From assembly GCA_977016875.1 (NCBI GenBank), contig CDRNST010000090.1:1736001-1800000 (forward strand): a stretch of 64,000 bases of DNA, read 5' to 3'. The notes under the pieces were generated by a model, which saw only the letters and a program-made list of their open reading frames with translations, had not been told where the DNA came from and searched no databases. Below are positions 52,610 to 64,000 of this stretch, in pieces (within the stretch, counting starts at the first letter, position 1; every line of letters starts with the position of its first letter). A program made the translations under genes and the position numbers. The DNA comes from Pavona decussata (taxonomy: Eukaryota).

Positions 52610-53160
52610 TACTGTATATCTATCTTTTACAAATCTTATTTGGTGCCAATGAATTAGTTTGGGTATAAGAGGCTATTCGTTTAGCAATACTCTTCGCAAG
52701 GTTTTTCTAGTCAACTGATTGAGCACCCTTAACGGACGCCAGCCTGTCCATTCTCACAAGTTACTGTCATTTTTAGGAATTAAAGATATTATTCCTCTTC
52801 TCTGAGAGACTGAGAGAGGCTACCTTTCTGAAAAGCGTCATCAGACAAGACTTAAACCTGTTTTAAAAGATTAAAGAAAGTTACATAAAACTCCTTGGTA
52901 AACCGTCCTCACCAAGAGTTTTGTTTTTCTAAAACGATGTAACACATTTTTATTTCTTCAAATGTCAGGTCTTGTTCAAGCGTCGCTTGATCCTCGTTGG
53001 TCAATGTTGGGAATTCCAAGTTGTTGATAAAGTCTTTGAAACCTCTTTCCTGTTCACTCAGCTAATGTAATATTAGCAAGCTTTGTCCTGTATATTTCGC
53101 TAAAAAATTAAAGGATCCTTTTGGCCTAATTATCCTTTTCAGATCAGAGGTAATTAACCG
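52610..53160 (-). mobile_element. Degenerate L1/Tx1-clade non-LTR retrotransposon ORF2 (RT) fragment
   Basis: Minus-strand frameshifted translation: NNLEFPTLTNEDQATLEQDLTFEEIK, KTLGEDG..KEFY, RGIISLIPK, WRPL, LAKSIAKRI, LIPKLIH, FVKDRY. Confidence 0.75.
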
Positions 53161-53194
53161 TTGTCATGTGGTCGTCCATATGTTGCAAGCTTCG

Positions 53195-53515
53195 CGAAAT
53201 TTTAATTCGCAGTCGCTAAACAGAATTCGCTTTCGCTAAACATAATTCGCTGTTGCTAAATCGAATTCGTTATCGCTAAATATCAATTCGCTGTAACTAA
53301 ATTCAATTCGTTGCCGCTAAACTGAATTCGTTGTCGCTAAAAATTAACATTCCTTGGCGCAAAATTTAATTCGTTGCTGCTAAATTCAATTCGCTGTCTC
53401 TAAACTGAATTCGTTGCTGCAAAACTGAATTTGCTGCCGTTAAATTCCATTCGCTGTTGCTAAAATTCATTCCTCGGCGCAAAAGTTAATTCGTTGCCGC
53501 TAAATTTAATTCGCG
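53195..53515. repeat. Degenerate ~20-bp tandem repeat
   Basis: Recurring gctaaa-ntgaattcgttgtc-like units. Confidence 0.85.
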
Positions 53516-53695
53516 TTAATCCATACAGGATCAATGCCTAAAATAACCTCTTATATGAAAGAAACGAAAGTAAGTAAACCTGGAAAAGCAAGATATAACG
53601 CAAGACATTAAACCTGGATTAAAAACCTCATCTTCTCTAGGACGGATATTTTTGTCCTTTATTGACCAATTGATCAATGAGAATCCGTACATTTA

Positions 53696-54258
53696 TACCG
53701 TATTTCCTCGAATAATAGCCGTCCCTCGATAAATCGCCTCCCTCAAATAATTGCTCCCCCCCCCTCCTCCCTTTGACGACAATATTTAAAATAATCGCCT
53801 GCCTCGAATAATCGCCCACCCCCCCCTCCCCCCCCGTTCGCCATTTTCTCTTTCTTTTATCCCCTCCCTCTCAAGTTAAAAATCGGCATCTTGGGTAACA
53901 AACAAGCTTTCATTTAATTGTCACGACTGAATAGTTACAAAAGCACCGGGGTTTTTTTTACAGTTTTTTTTATGGTAATGTTCATGTATTTCACTTTTTC
54001 AGGCTCTGACACCGAAGATATTGATATTGAACATTGATTAATCAACGAAACAAATTTGAAACAGTTAAAAAGCCCTTGTTCGGTTTATTTTGATGTGAAT
54101 AGTTTTTTGATTTAATGGTATAATAAAACAAAATATTTAGGGCACGACCTCCTGTGAGAAATATTTGAGATAATCGCCTTCCCTCGAATAATCGCCCCCC
54201 GCTTTCGGTGCAAGAAAAGAAATAATGGCCCCCGGCTATTACTCGAGAAAATACGGTA
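53696..54258. mobile_element. Tc1/mariner(pogo)-like MITE
   Basis: About 26-bp TIRs taccgtatttcctcgaataatagccg / cggctattactcgagaaaatacggta, TA at both ends, internal repeats of cctcgaataatcgcc. Confidence 0.75.
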
Positions 54259-55839
54259 GGTCTTGGTGGGTCCTAGAAACTGAAATACTACTGAAATACC
54301 ATTTTGATTGACCGATTCTTCGTATTCCTAACAGTTTTTGCGCACTGAGTTTTGAAAAACGTGCTCTGCACGGGTCTGGATATTCGAATTAATATGTAAC
54401 CGCTTTGTAAAAGACATTAATGAGTTGATACTGAGACGAGCAGCTATCCGCCTGTCTCTGGCGAGATAGAATGGTAAGATTAATACAAGAACTACAGATA
54501 AAAAAGGGCCTTAGTGCTCAGCAACAAATTTAAGCAAGGTACTAACAGTCAACCTTAAGCGAGGTCGGCCTCGGTGTACAACCCTCGATGACAGCTATTC
54601 CTTATCCCCCAGATTTGCCGAGGTTGTTATTTCTCAAATTATTGGTAGAGTTATCCCTTAACTGAAACTAAGTGAGAATTTCCCATAACTTTTCTAGGTA
54701 GTTATCATTTGCACGTATCGAGTTTTCGGTAATCCCTATATACAAAACCCTTGTGAGGGTCTCATTAGTCGTATTATATTCCTCCGATCCCGAAACAATT
54801 CCCATGCTCTTGAGTATGATTATGATGATAGGGTATTTAAATTAACACAGTTCCATAAACTTCATAAAAAGAGGTAGTAAAATCGTAAATAATTATCAAG
54901 TAATTACCATTAAAAGGATTTTCTTTTTTCATGGCGTGAAAATCAATGCTCAGATGCACTGATTTTCTAAGTGCTAATTCACCAATGCACCTTCCACGTA
55001 ATAAACCAAAACCGACAATAAATTTTTTCTTATCCAATTAATGCCTCTGGTTCATTTCAAGTTACGGCAGACTTAACAGTGGTGAAAAATGAAAGGCTAG
55101 CGAACCAAAAATAATTTTAAGCCAGCCAGACAAAAAACGCTTACTTCATTTTTCCGATATTGGTCGTTCGACTGTAGATAATTTTAAGGACACTCAAAAT
55201 TGATTGGCGCTGATTACTCCTATTGTAAACTGAAAAGAAAACAAATAGATGCTTTTAAAATGCCCAAAGGAAGCGATTTAGTTTCGTGGATACGAAGTTA
55301 ATTACGTGTTTTGCTATATCTTAAACTGCAACATTTGTCCTGCATCGCATTTTCAGTTAGTTTCTTCGATGATCACAAGGAAGAACCGGTAAGTTTTTGT
55401 TGGATTTTTAATCTTTAGAAGTAAATGCCACTGAACTAAAATGGGAGATTATGTTTTAACAGCAAAAAGGGGCTGAAGCTATTATTTAGTGTTTGTTTTA
55501 AATTTTCTTAGAAAGCATTGCTCCATTTAAGTCATTTTGGCGTTCTTTAAATCTTCATGATCTTCTGGAATTGAATTTTTTTTGTGAAGAATGGTTGACG
55601 CATGCTAGTGCGTTCCATTAGAGTGTCGCGTCGGTAAAATGTGAAGCAGTTTCCAGGGTTCTTTCATTGCCATTCAAGTTTTTTTGTTTGTTTGTTTCGT
55701 TTGTTAGGTTCATATCATATCTCGCCTTCCTCGCTTCATTGTCTCCACCTCGTTATGGGGGGTTGTTAGTAACAAATGTCACTGGTAGCTCGAAAATCCA
55801 TCTGTTCTAATGTACTGTTGTTTTTCTCTTGAAGACATC

Positions 55840-58800
55840 ATGCAGTTCTTTCTGTTGATGCCACTGATCATCTTTTTTGCCACATTCAAACTCGCCTACG
55901 GAGACGAAAACACTTCTGATATCGCCTTAGCCTCGAAAAATGATCAAGAAGTTGCGGCCGAGTCTGAAACCGAGGATGATGAAGAACTGGACGACGAAGC
56001 GGCAAAATACAGATGGCTGGCCCCACTGCTATATGATGAAATAGAGGAGCGAGGACGAAAAGGAAGAAAAGGAAGGGAAGGAAGAATAGGAAGGAAAGGA
56101 AGAAAAGGAAGGGAAGGAAGAATAGGAAGGAAAGGAAAAAAAGGAAGGATAGGAAGGAAAAGACCAAAAAACGGAAAGAAACTTGCAGGGAAAAGCAGTA
56201 AATCTTCGGCGGCGTCAAGCAAAGAGAAGGCAAAGAAGAAAAAGGAAGGAGGGAAAAAGGGCAAAGGGAAAAAGAAAGACGGGAAGAAAAAGAATAAGCA
56301 GTTGCAAAAGGAAGGTATGCTTAAGCTCTTTATCAATAACAGGAGAAAAGTGATAAAAAGGTCGATCGACGGAACTCTTAAAAAATTCGAAGCATTGATT
56401 CATAATGGGCAGAATGACATTGCCGGCGAAAATGAGTAAATGAGATTTACATCAGTCTATGCCTTATGAAGTTCATATCAGGTGTATTAAGAAACAAAAC
56501 TAAGCTAGTCATTGGGAGGCGTCTCTCTTAAAAATCCTGCTACTTACCACGGCAGATAAGATGATTTTTTTGCGATCAAATTTAGCTTTCAAATTCAACA
56601 AAATTGACGTTATGTTGAAGAGCATTGTGCAGCTAAAATAGTTTTCAGGCCGGAAAAGTTTTCGGTGTCTTCGAGAAAGGGGTCCCGGGATTTATTTCAT
56701 GAAGTGATTCGCAAAAAGTGGGCGCGCTACTCAAACAGACCATAAATCCGAGTCTAATCCGGCCATCTATACGCGTCATTGAAAATTTCAGATGAGATCA
56801 CGGCCATCGTACATCCAGATTATAATTAATCCTTCATTGTGAATAAACTGACCGCAGTCGGACAATTTTAATCCGAAGGGGAAAATCTTTTGGATATTAA
56901 TCTTTATTGATTAGTAGTTAAACTGAAAGACAAGTTTTACAGGCTAACCCCGGGTTAGTTTAATCGTCTTAATCGTGCTTTGAACCACTGGGCGTAGAGC
57001 AGTAGTTCTACAGTTCTTTCTCAGGCACAGCTGATGTCTTCCTGGTGTCGTACGTCAATTATAAACTATGAAATGTGTGAGGTAAATATTCAAGTGGCGG
57101 ATAATTCGCAACTTTCTACTCTAAAAGTCATTCAGCAATCTGAGAAACAATTTTTGGATAAACTAAACGAGTAAAAGACGAAATTTTAACTGAAAGTTTC
57201 ACATTTTATTCCTGTGTTCTCACCGGCTATGAGAAAATAGGTTTGTTTAAGTTCATAGACTTACTGTTCGCTGTTATTTTACTGTTTATAGCTATGACCA
57301 ATGTATACTTGAAAAAAACATTTAGTGTAGATCCTCATATTTAAATTTTCTTTCTCTAATTATATTGTCAGGAATGTATGGTATGACCCTAGCAATGAAC
57401 TAAGAAATTTGAGCGAGTGTAAAGAAGAATATAAAAAAATCAGACCTTTTCTCCGCTAATTATTTATCAATGAGGTCAGGTAAATCCTGATATTGTCACG
57501 GCTATCAATCTTTTTCCTTCAGGCTATAACATTGTCGAAGTTGTTAGAAAGTCGTTTCTAAGAGGCAAGTAGGTAGACGAAATGTTAACGCTCGACATCA
57601 ACACTCGAATCTCTTTACGGTGGCCAAACTTCCTTTCTTTATCAAGTCTGTTGATAAACCAAACAGTCGCGCTTTCACCAAGACTTGTCATGTTGCTAAG
57701 CAACACCGCATTTACGAGATCAGGTGGCTCAAATGATTCCTGGAGACGGTATTTTAAACTGTTGATGTGATCCGACTGGGAATTTTAACATGAAAAATAA
57801 ACTGAAACAGACAGCAATGAATGTTCATACTAAGTGAATCAGGCGTATTTTAACATAGGATCACTGCAAGGATCTGTTATATGAAAGGAACAAGTATGTA
57901 GATGGGCCTTAAAATAAAAAAAAAAACGTATTATGTCAAAATATATGCTTCGCCGGGAAGGACTCGATCCAACCTCGGTCTCCTGATAACGTGACAACCG
58001 CTACGTACAGCAGGCGAAACTCAATGGAAGTGGGCGAAAGAGAACAGCCACATGTCTATATACCCTGAAAAATAACTCATTTAGCTGCAATTCTATTTCA
58101 CAGAAAAATCGCTGTGGTTTGAACCGCTGGGCTGCTACAACGATAAAGGACCGAAGGCATGGAGGGAGCCCAAACTTCGCGCAATCAAATTCTTAATCAA
58201 AAACTTCCGCAGGCGGATCGATAATTGGAAAAACTTCACATACGTCATCACAAACTGTGCTGCGGAAGCCCAAGCCGCCGGATGCAGCTGCTTTGGTGTT
58301 CAGTTTTATGGCGAATGTTGGTGTGATCCCTTGGCCTGTTTCACTTACCACATCTACAAAAAATCGAGAAAGTGCATTGGAGGCGTTGGTCTTCACTGGG
58401 CCAACTTCGTTTACCGAGGGAAATGTGGATCAAGTAATGATGAAGAATTTTTTTAACAATTGACTTCCTGGAGGGTCTCAATGGGAGGATAGCTTTGACA
58501 GTTGACAGTTTTAGGGCTTTTGATGAGTTTTTGATGGTCGAAAATGTCCACATCGTAATTTTATCAGAAAATTACATTTAATTATTCAGATCAAGGATCC
58601 ACGCAAATCAAATTTACTTACAGGAGGATCTTGAAGTAGACGAAAACGTGAAATCAATCAAAAGTTCCATTTACAATTTTCTGCCTCCTTTATCAAGCTT
58701 CTGTTTTATTTTTTTGCTTTCTTTATCATTTAATTTTATTCTGATTTCGAGTTTGAATGCTAGTTTTACACAACAAATCAAAAACACAAGCGAGAGAAGT

Positions 58801-61800
58801 GGAAGACTTGGAAAATGAGGTGCATTCAGTGAATCACTCTTTCTTGTGCTTGCTAAAGTTTCTCAAACCAGCAATAATTCTTGGAGAAATTTGAAGAAAC
58901 ATTTGACCCGATTTTGTAATAATGGGAACAAACTTCTTATTGGTCTTCCCGGTAGTTTAGAATTCCACTTGAATTGCTCTTTATTTTACAGGTTATGGCT
59001 GCTGTAAAGATGGTGCTATGCCGGCCCTGGGTCCCAACTATGCAGGATGTCCAGGTGTGTATCTGTGTGTGTTTTAGTGTTAGTCATCCGATACATTAAA
59101 TGAAATGATTATACGATGTAACACTTTTGGGATGTGCCTAAGAATAACAGTCACAAGTAGTGCGCATGTGTACGTCAGGTAACTTGGCTACTCATCAAAT
59201 CAAACGTTTCAACAAATCTCAACTTCATGTAAGACCCAGATCCGCGTCAATTATGTCGCAGATCAGTTTATCAATTTCCTTAAATATTAAGAAATTAAGC
59301 ATTTATCAATCAACGTAGTCTAACTGGCATTTCCAAGGACCTTTATTTTTTTAAGATCAACTGTTTAGATGCGTCGTCGTGTTTAACACGTTAAAGCAAA
59401 ATGATTCGAACATGATTCTCAATCTTAGATTGCAGGACGGCAGTGGATTTGGTGTTCGTTATTGACGCCTCAGGGAGCATTGGAAAAAAAAACTTTAAGA
59501 TGACAAAACAAATCCTGCTCAACCTAACCCGTCATTTCTCCGTCAGCGCCAAGCATGCAAGAGTTGGCATCATAAGATACTCTACAGCACCACGACGAAT
59601 TTTCAGCTTGCCAAGGTCACAGAGGCAGGGCTTCATGGGGCTTGAGAAGGAAATCATCGGGATGCGTTACACTAGGGGGGGAACAAGGACAGGCAAAGCT
59701 CTAAAGATGGCTTACAGAATGTTTACGCGTTCTCGTAGGAGGTTTTTTGGTCAAAACGTAAACCATAAGCAGGTATTACTTTTACTGCTAACTAAATGGT
59801 AATGATCCGGTTAACAAACGGTATGTTTTTCTATCAAAATGGCGTATTTGGCTGAAAAGCTAGCCGAGTCGGCAATGTTCGTAAGGATGTTGCTAGACAA
59901 CAAGGATGTGTCCCCACGGAACTAGGCACGTGACTTGGTCACGCCTTTTCCAGCCTACCGATATCAGAAATTTATTGCTACACGCAATGTCCACTGTGGG
60001 TCAGCAGCGTCAAGTTGGAGTCCAATTGAACTACAAGTAGTCTCTTGTTTTTTGCACATGCTAGTTGTATAAAACTCCACGTCGAACGTTAAAATACTGT
60101 TTTTGGTGAATTAAGTGCCCGTCGTTAGCAGTTAAAAGTCCGAAGTTTTTAGTAACTAGCCTCTGAGGCTTACTCCAATATGACACATGGAAATAGTTTG
60201 CCCTGCATTTCACTCGGAATAAGATGCACCAAATTACAGCGTTTTGAGGAAACATGCCTGTTAACTGGACGCGTAAAGTACTGGAAAAGTAATATTGATT
60301 GCATGCATCGAAAACTTCACCCAAATCCAAAACAATTTTCAAAATATTGTGCAATCGATTAATATCGATCTCTCTTCATCCTTAATCATTGTCTGCGCTA
60401 AGGGTTGGGTGAAATAAGACTAGTCTTAGTTGTAATAAAAACCATTTTTGACTCTCAATGTATTAACTCTCCCCTCTCCCCCTCAGGTTTGTATTGTCCT
60501 GACCGACGGTCTTACCAACCCAAAAGACGTGCCGACATTGAACATTGCCACGAGAGCTCTAAAGCGCATTTCTCACGTGATAGCGGTCGGTGTGGTTGGA
60601 AAAGGATACAACGCCAGGAAAAGGCAACAGCAGAGAGACGAGCTGATTAAGATTGCCAGCACCTTAAAAGATTTATTTTACGAGGCATCCTTTGAACAGG
60701 TCAGGGATCACGTGGATCCGATAGCCAAACGCGCATGCCCTGTGACACCCAAATTAGTGTAAGTACAACAATCATCTGTTTAGAGCTTGTCGAACCCAAG
60801 TTTGCACTTGAGAGGTACTCGCACACAACAGTGATATTTACGGTCGAATTCTTTGTTCCCCCCTCAACGTCCTTCGATTCCATTCTCAGACATAATTAAT
60901 TCCAGTAGACACTTCAATCGATGTGATATTTACATTACTGGTTTCCCATTTCTGCTATCAATGTTGTTCATTACCACTGTCATTTGCAAACTTGCATAAT
61001 TATCAGTATGGCGAGGAGAGAAACACTTTACCTTAGCCAAAATTTGTGTAATGAATAGTAATCAGACAAAGAAACAGTTAGAATACTACAGAAAGCACTG
61101 AGGTTTTACGTAGCCACAAGAACATAAATTAGCGAACACTTCGAACAAAACTGAGAATTACATACTCATTTAGTACCATTTCCCGTATTCATTGTCATTC
61201 CGCTACCTGACCCACATTGAGATTTTTCATTTCTGCTATCAATGTTGTTCATCACCACTCTAACTTGCAAACTTGCATTAATTATGAACATGACGAGGTC
61301 AGGCACATCTCATCTGTACAAAAATTTGTCTGTTGAATTGTAGTCAGACAGATAAGCAGTTGAAACACTACAGAAAGTACTGAGGTTTTACGTGCCCACC
61401 GGGACATAAATTAGCGAATACTTCAAACAAAACTGAGAATTACATACCCATTAAGTACCATATTCCGTATCAATGTTGTTCATTGTTATTCGGCTATCCA
61501 AACTTGCAACCCATATTAAGAGAGAACGTACACCACGTTTTCCACAGTCAGTATTCTTAATTGCCATTCTTCTTACCAATTTAGACACTAAAATCGAGAC
61601 AGAAATTAAAGTACACTACATCTTATCTTCGCCAACATTTGCAGTGGCGTGTCTAGGGGAGGGGGCTCGGGGATCCCGCTCCCTTCCCCCTTATGTTTTA
61701 AGCCACGTCGTGACATTTCCTCTTACGGAGGGAAGCAAGCCACCACTTACCTTAAAGTCTGAATCCCCAACTGCATTTGCATCTTGAATAACAATGGAAG

Positions 61801-62029
61801 ATATAATTGGTTGGGTGATATTTACGTACCACAACACCCCTTTACTCCAACCTCGTTCTCGTTCAAGGGAAAGCCCTGGGAACGAGGTTGTCATGTCCCC
61901 CTTCCTAGCAATGCAGCTGAAGTGAAAGTACATCAGATTTGTCCCAACATGGTATGGATCATAGGTAGAGACATAGCGGGGCTACCAACTCACTTATAAT
62001 AGATTTTACTTTTTTTCAATTACAGGTAA
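55840..62029 (+). CDS. Secreted modular protein, copy B (tandem paralog of copy A, about 495 aa, with G-X-Y basic tract)
   Basis: Exons 55840-56314, 58104-58433, 58992-59054, 59429-59772, 60487-60758, 62026-62029. Internal exon sizes are identical to copy A (330, 63, 344, 272 nt) and the frame is open. If the last intron is unspliced the stop is at 60762. Confidence 0.85.
60946..61520 (+). repeat. ~280-bp tandem duplication in the last intron of gene copy B
   Basis: catttctgctatcaatgttgttcat...aaaactgagaattacatac occurs at 60947 and again, diverged, at 61228; it is single-copy in copy A (43208-43500). Confidence 0.85.
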
Positions 62030-63022
62030 CGGTACTTCGCTTACTGGCGTACACTTGCATGCTGAACGCCTGGGGATGAATTTGTGGGTGTGTGGGAAAT
62101 TTATTCAAGGGTTTATTCCATAAGTAACGTTAAATCGTACAAATATTTTAGAAAAAGAACAAAAATTTACAAACACGTTTCGGGTCAGAGTTTTCATTCA
62201 TCACAATTTATGAAAATTGTGGTCAATTAATGGTAACAGCCGAAGTGAACGTCGAAACTCTAAGAGATGTTGTTCTTTTTCTCAATTGTTATGTACAGTG
62301 ATGTGGAAATAATAAAATCAGGGAGTCTAAAAACAAAATACTGTGCATTGTGAAGTTTCTTAGCAATAGTATTTATAAGAAATAAGAACGCCGTTTCTTC
62401 ATATCTTCCCCACCTGCCCCTGATTCCGATCCGTTTTTCGAAAGCTAAAGCTTGTGCTGGATAATAACCCAAGTTTTCCTTTCTTTTGTTTTAAAGTGAT
62501 CTTTTCCTTGGGCAAGATGCACTAAAAATCTGATCACGATAAAAACGATTGTGAAACGACTTATAATTCTCAGACCAGGGGGTGCCCAGGCTACTTGAAA
62601 CATGTCTGACACCTGACTCACAAATTGCCGTACAAGAAATGGACAGTCTGTGCATGTGATGTGGCTGAGTGAGGTGGAGAAGTGGGGGGGGGGGGGGGGG
62701 GAAGGAGGCAGACGAGAAGCTAGCGCATCATTCAGCAAATAAAGAAGTCATAAGCACCATCATTTATTGTAAATTCACCCAATAAACACTGACATTTTAA
62801 AATAATCATTCTAACTTCGATTGACATGGCATTCATCTTGAGATTTCTTAGAAGTTCACCTTGCCTAAATGGGTCTCTAGCACAAGTCTACCATGAGTCA
62901 TGTGACCGATCTAACTTGATGTTTCTTTGTAGATTACATTGAGAACATTACATTACAGTTTAACAATTTGAACTGAAATTTGATTAGTCGCAATTGTATG
63001 AAGGAAAATTTCCTTTCTCGAT

Positions 63023-63387
63023 TTACACTTCCATCTGATTGTTTGGTTTTATCAACCAAACTTTATCTCTTACGACCTTGTCCTTATTACGCACCCACTC
63101 ATAATACAGCGCCGAACTGTTAGCTACTAAGACCCTTCCATATCCATAGTCGTTCTCGTGATAACGAGACCAAGCCACATCGTAATAAGCTTCAGTGTCA
63201 ATTCCGAACCCGGCCGAACCCACGACAATGTGTGTAGTGCCCAGTCCCTCCTCTTGGCACAGGTGCTTGTAGACTGCACATGTCCTTTCGTAACTATGGT
63301 AGTGTCCCCAGAAGGCAAGGTCCACTTTGTACTTGTGGAAAAGCTCCTCCAAGTAGTACTGCATGCCCAAGGAAACCACATAGTCAC
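63023..63387 (-). CDS. Terminal exon of a purple acid phosphatase-like metallophosphoesterase (gene continues beyond the window)
   Basis: LEELFHKYKVDLAFWGHYHSYERTC (GHxH metal-ligand motif), THIVVGSAG, WSRYHENDYGYGRV, then DKVWLIK: typical PAP C-terminus. Splice acceptor just upstream of 63387 on the minus strand; stop at 63023. Confidence 0.88.
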
Positions 63388-64000
63388 CTACCAGGAGAGA
63401 CGAACGTACATGAGAACATGCTTTGTTTTTATAACGAGGTCAATGATTGGCACAATAAATGAAAGACAAGGAGCTAGGAAACAGCATAGCCCATAATTTT
63501 GCCTGACTTAGAGCTACTTTATAGGAGGCCAGTAGCTCCTAGAGAAAAGTGTACACTGAATTTTATAATTCCCGCGGGCTTTTAGCCTTTAAAAGCTCTA
63601 CCACGTGTCTTTGAAAGATAAATCTGAGTAGCAGCTCCAATTTTTCCAGTTTTTGCTAAAACCGCAGAGGAAAGGTTGCACGTGCAATTTTCACTGCAGT
63701 TTGGGTTACGATAGCAAAACGTTGCTCCCGGAGGTATTTATTATTTAGCCCTTTCAAGTTTTCCAATTCAACCGCAGGAAAAAAGACTCGTAGGGACTGG
63801 GGACAAAGATGCAAATAGGACGGCTTTTGACCCGATGCGCATGCCTTAAATTACGAAGTGTCTTGACGTGTCATATCTCGTAGCTGAAACCTATGTATCT
63901 ACTGTTCTGGAACAGGTAGGAGTTAGGGGTCTTGGAATGGTTTGAAACTCAAAATGTGAACTCTAAGTCAATTTGAAAGGTTCTTACCGAACTCTCGCTG

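Noticed and set aside
50371-52657. Long ORFs on both strands (FTDEKMSEL, VKSSLIFSS, CEKLTHFLI repeats)
   Set aside because: A by-product of a stop-poor 27-bp satellite; frameshifts within the array and no unique coding flanks.
57025-57081. Possible extra exon ending tgtgag|gtaaat shared by both paralogs
   Set aside because: It has a stop in the required phase-1 frame, and the acceptor and length are not conserved in copy A.

Overview
AT-rich, intron-rich eukaryotic (animal) genomic DNA with two assembly gaps. A stony coral or other anthozoan is inferred from the repeat landscape and a cnidarian-type Cys-rich domain; this is not proven. I reconstructed four main parts by hand. (1) A complete 31-exon exocyst subunit gene EXOC6/SEC15 lies on the minus strand (6799-31914, 774 aa), head-to-head with a single-coding-exon COX17 (32200-32403). 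(2) A tandem pair of paralogous genes (about 37.0-48.0 kb and 55.8-62.0 kb) encodes a secreted modular protein: signal peptide, acidic pro-region ending DEIEKR/DEIEER, a hypervariable polybasic tract (12 proline-free Gly-X-Y triplets in copy B), a WSC-like Cys-rich domain, a lagrin-like GCCxDG motif and an Arg-rich VWA domain with intact MIDAS. The two copies are a mosaic of near-identical and diverged blocks, suggesting gene conversion. Their last intron splits the final codon so that spliced and unspliced RNA give the same protein end. (3) The last exon of a purple-acid-phosphatase-like gene lies on the minus strand (63023-63387). (4) There are many mobile elements: a decayed DIRS-type tyrosine-recombinase retrotransposon with ITRs, L1/Tx1 fragments, a Helentron-associated (HINE/DINE-like) element, hAT-, Tc1- and other MITEs, tRNA-derived SINEs, and a 2.1-kb 27-bp satellite. 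Most ORFs in the supplied track are spurious.
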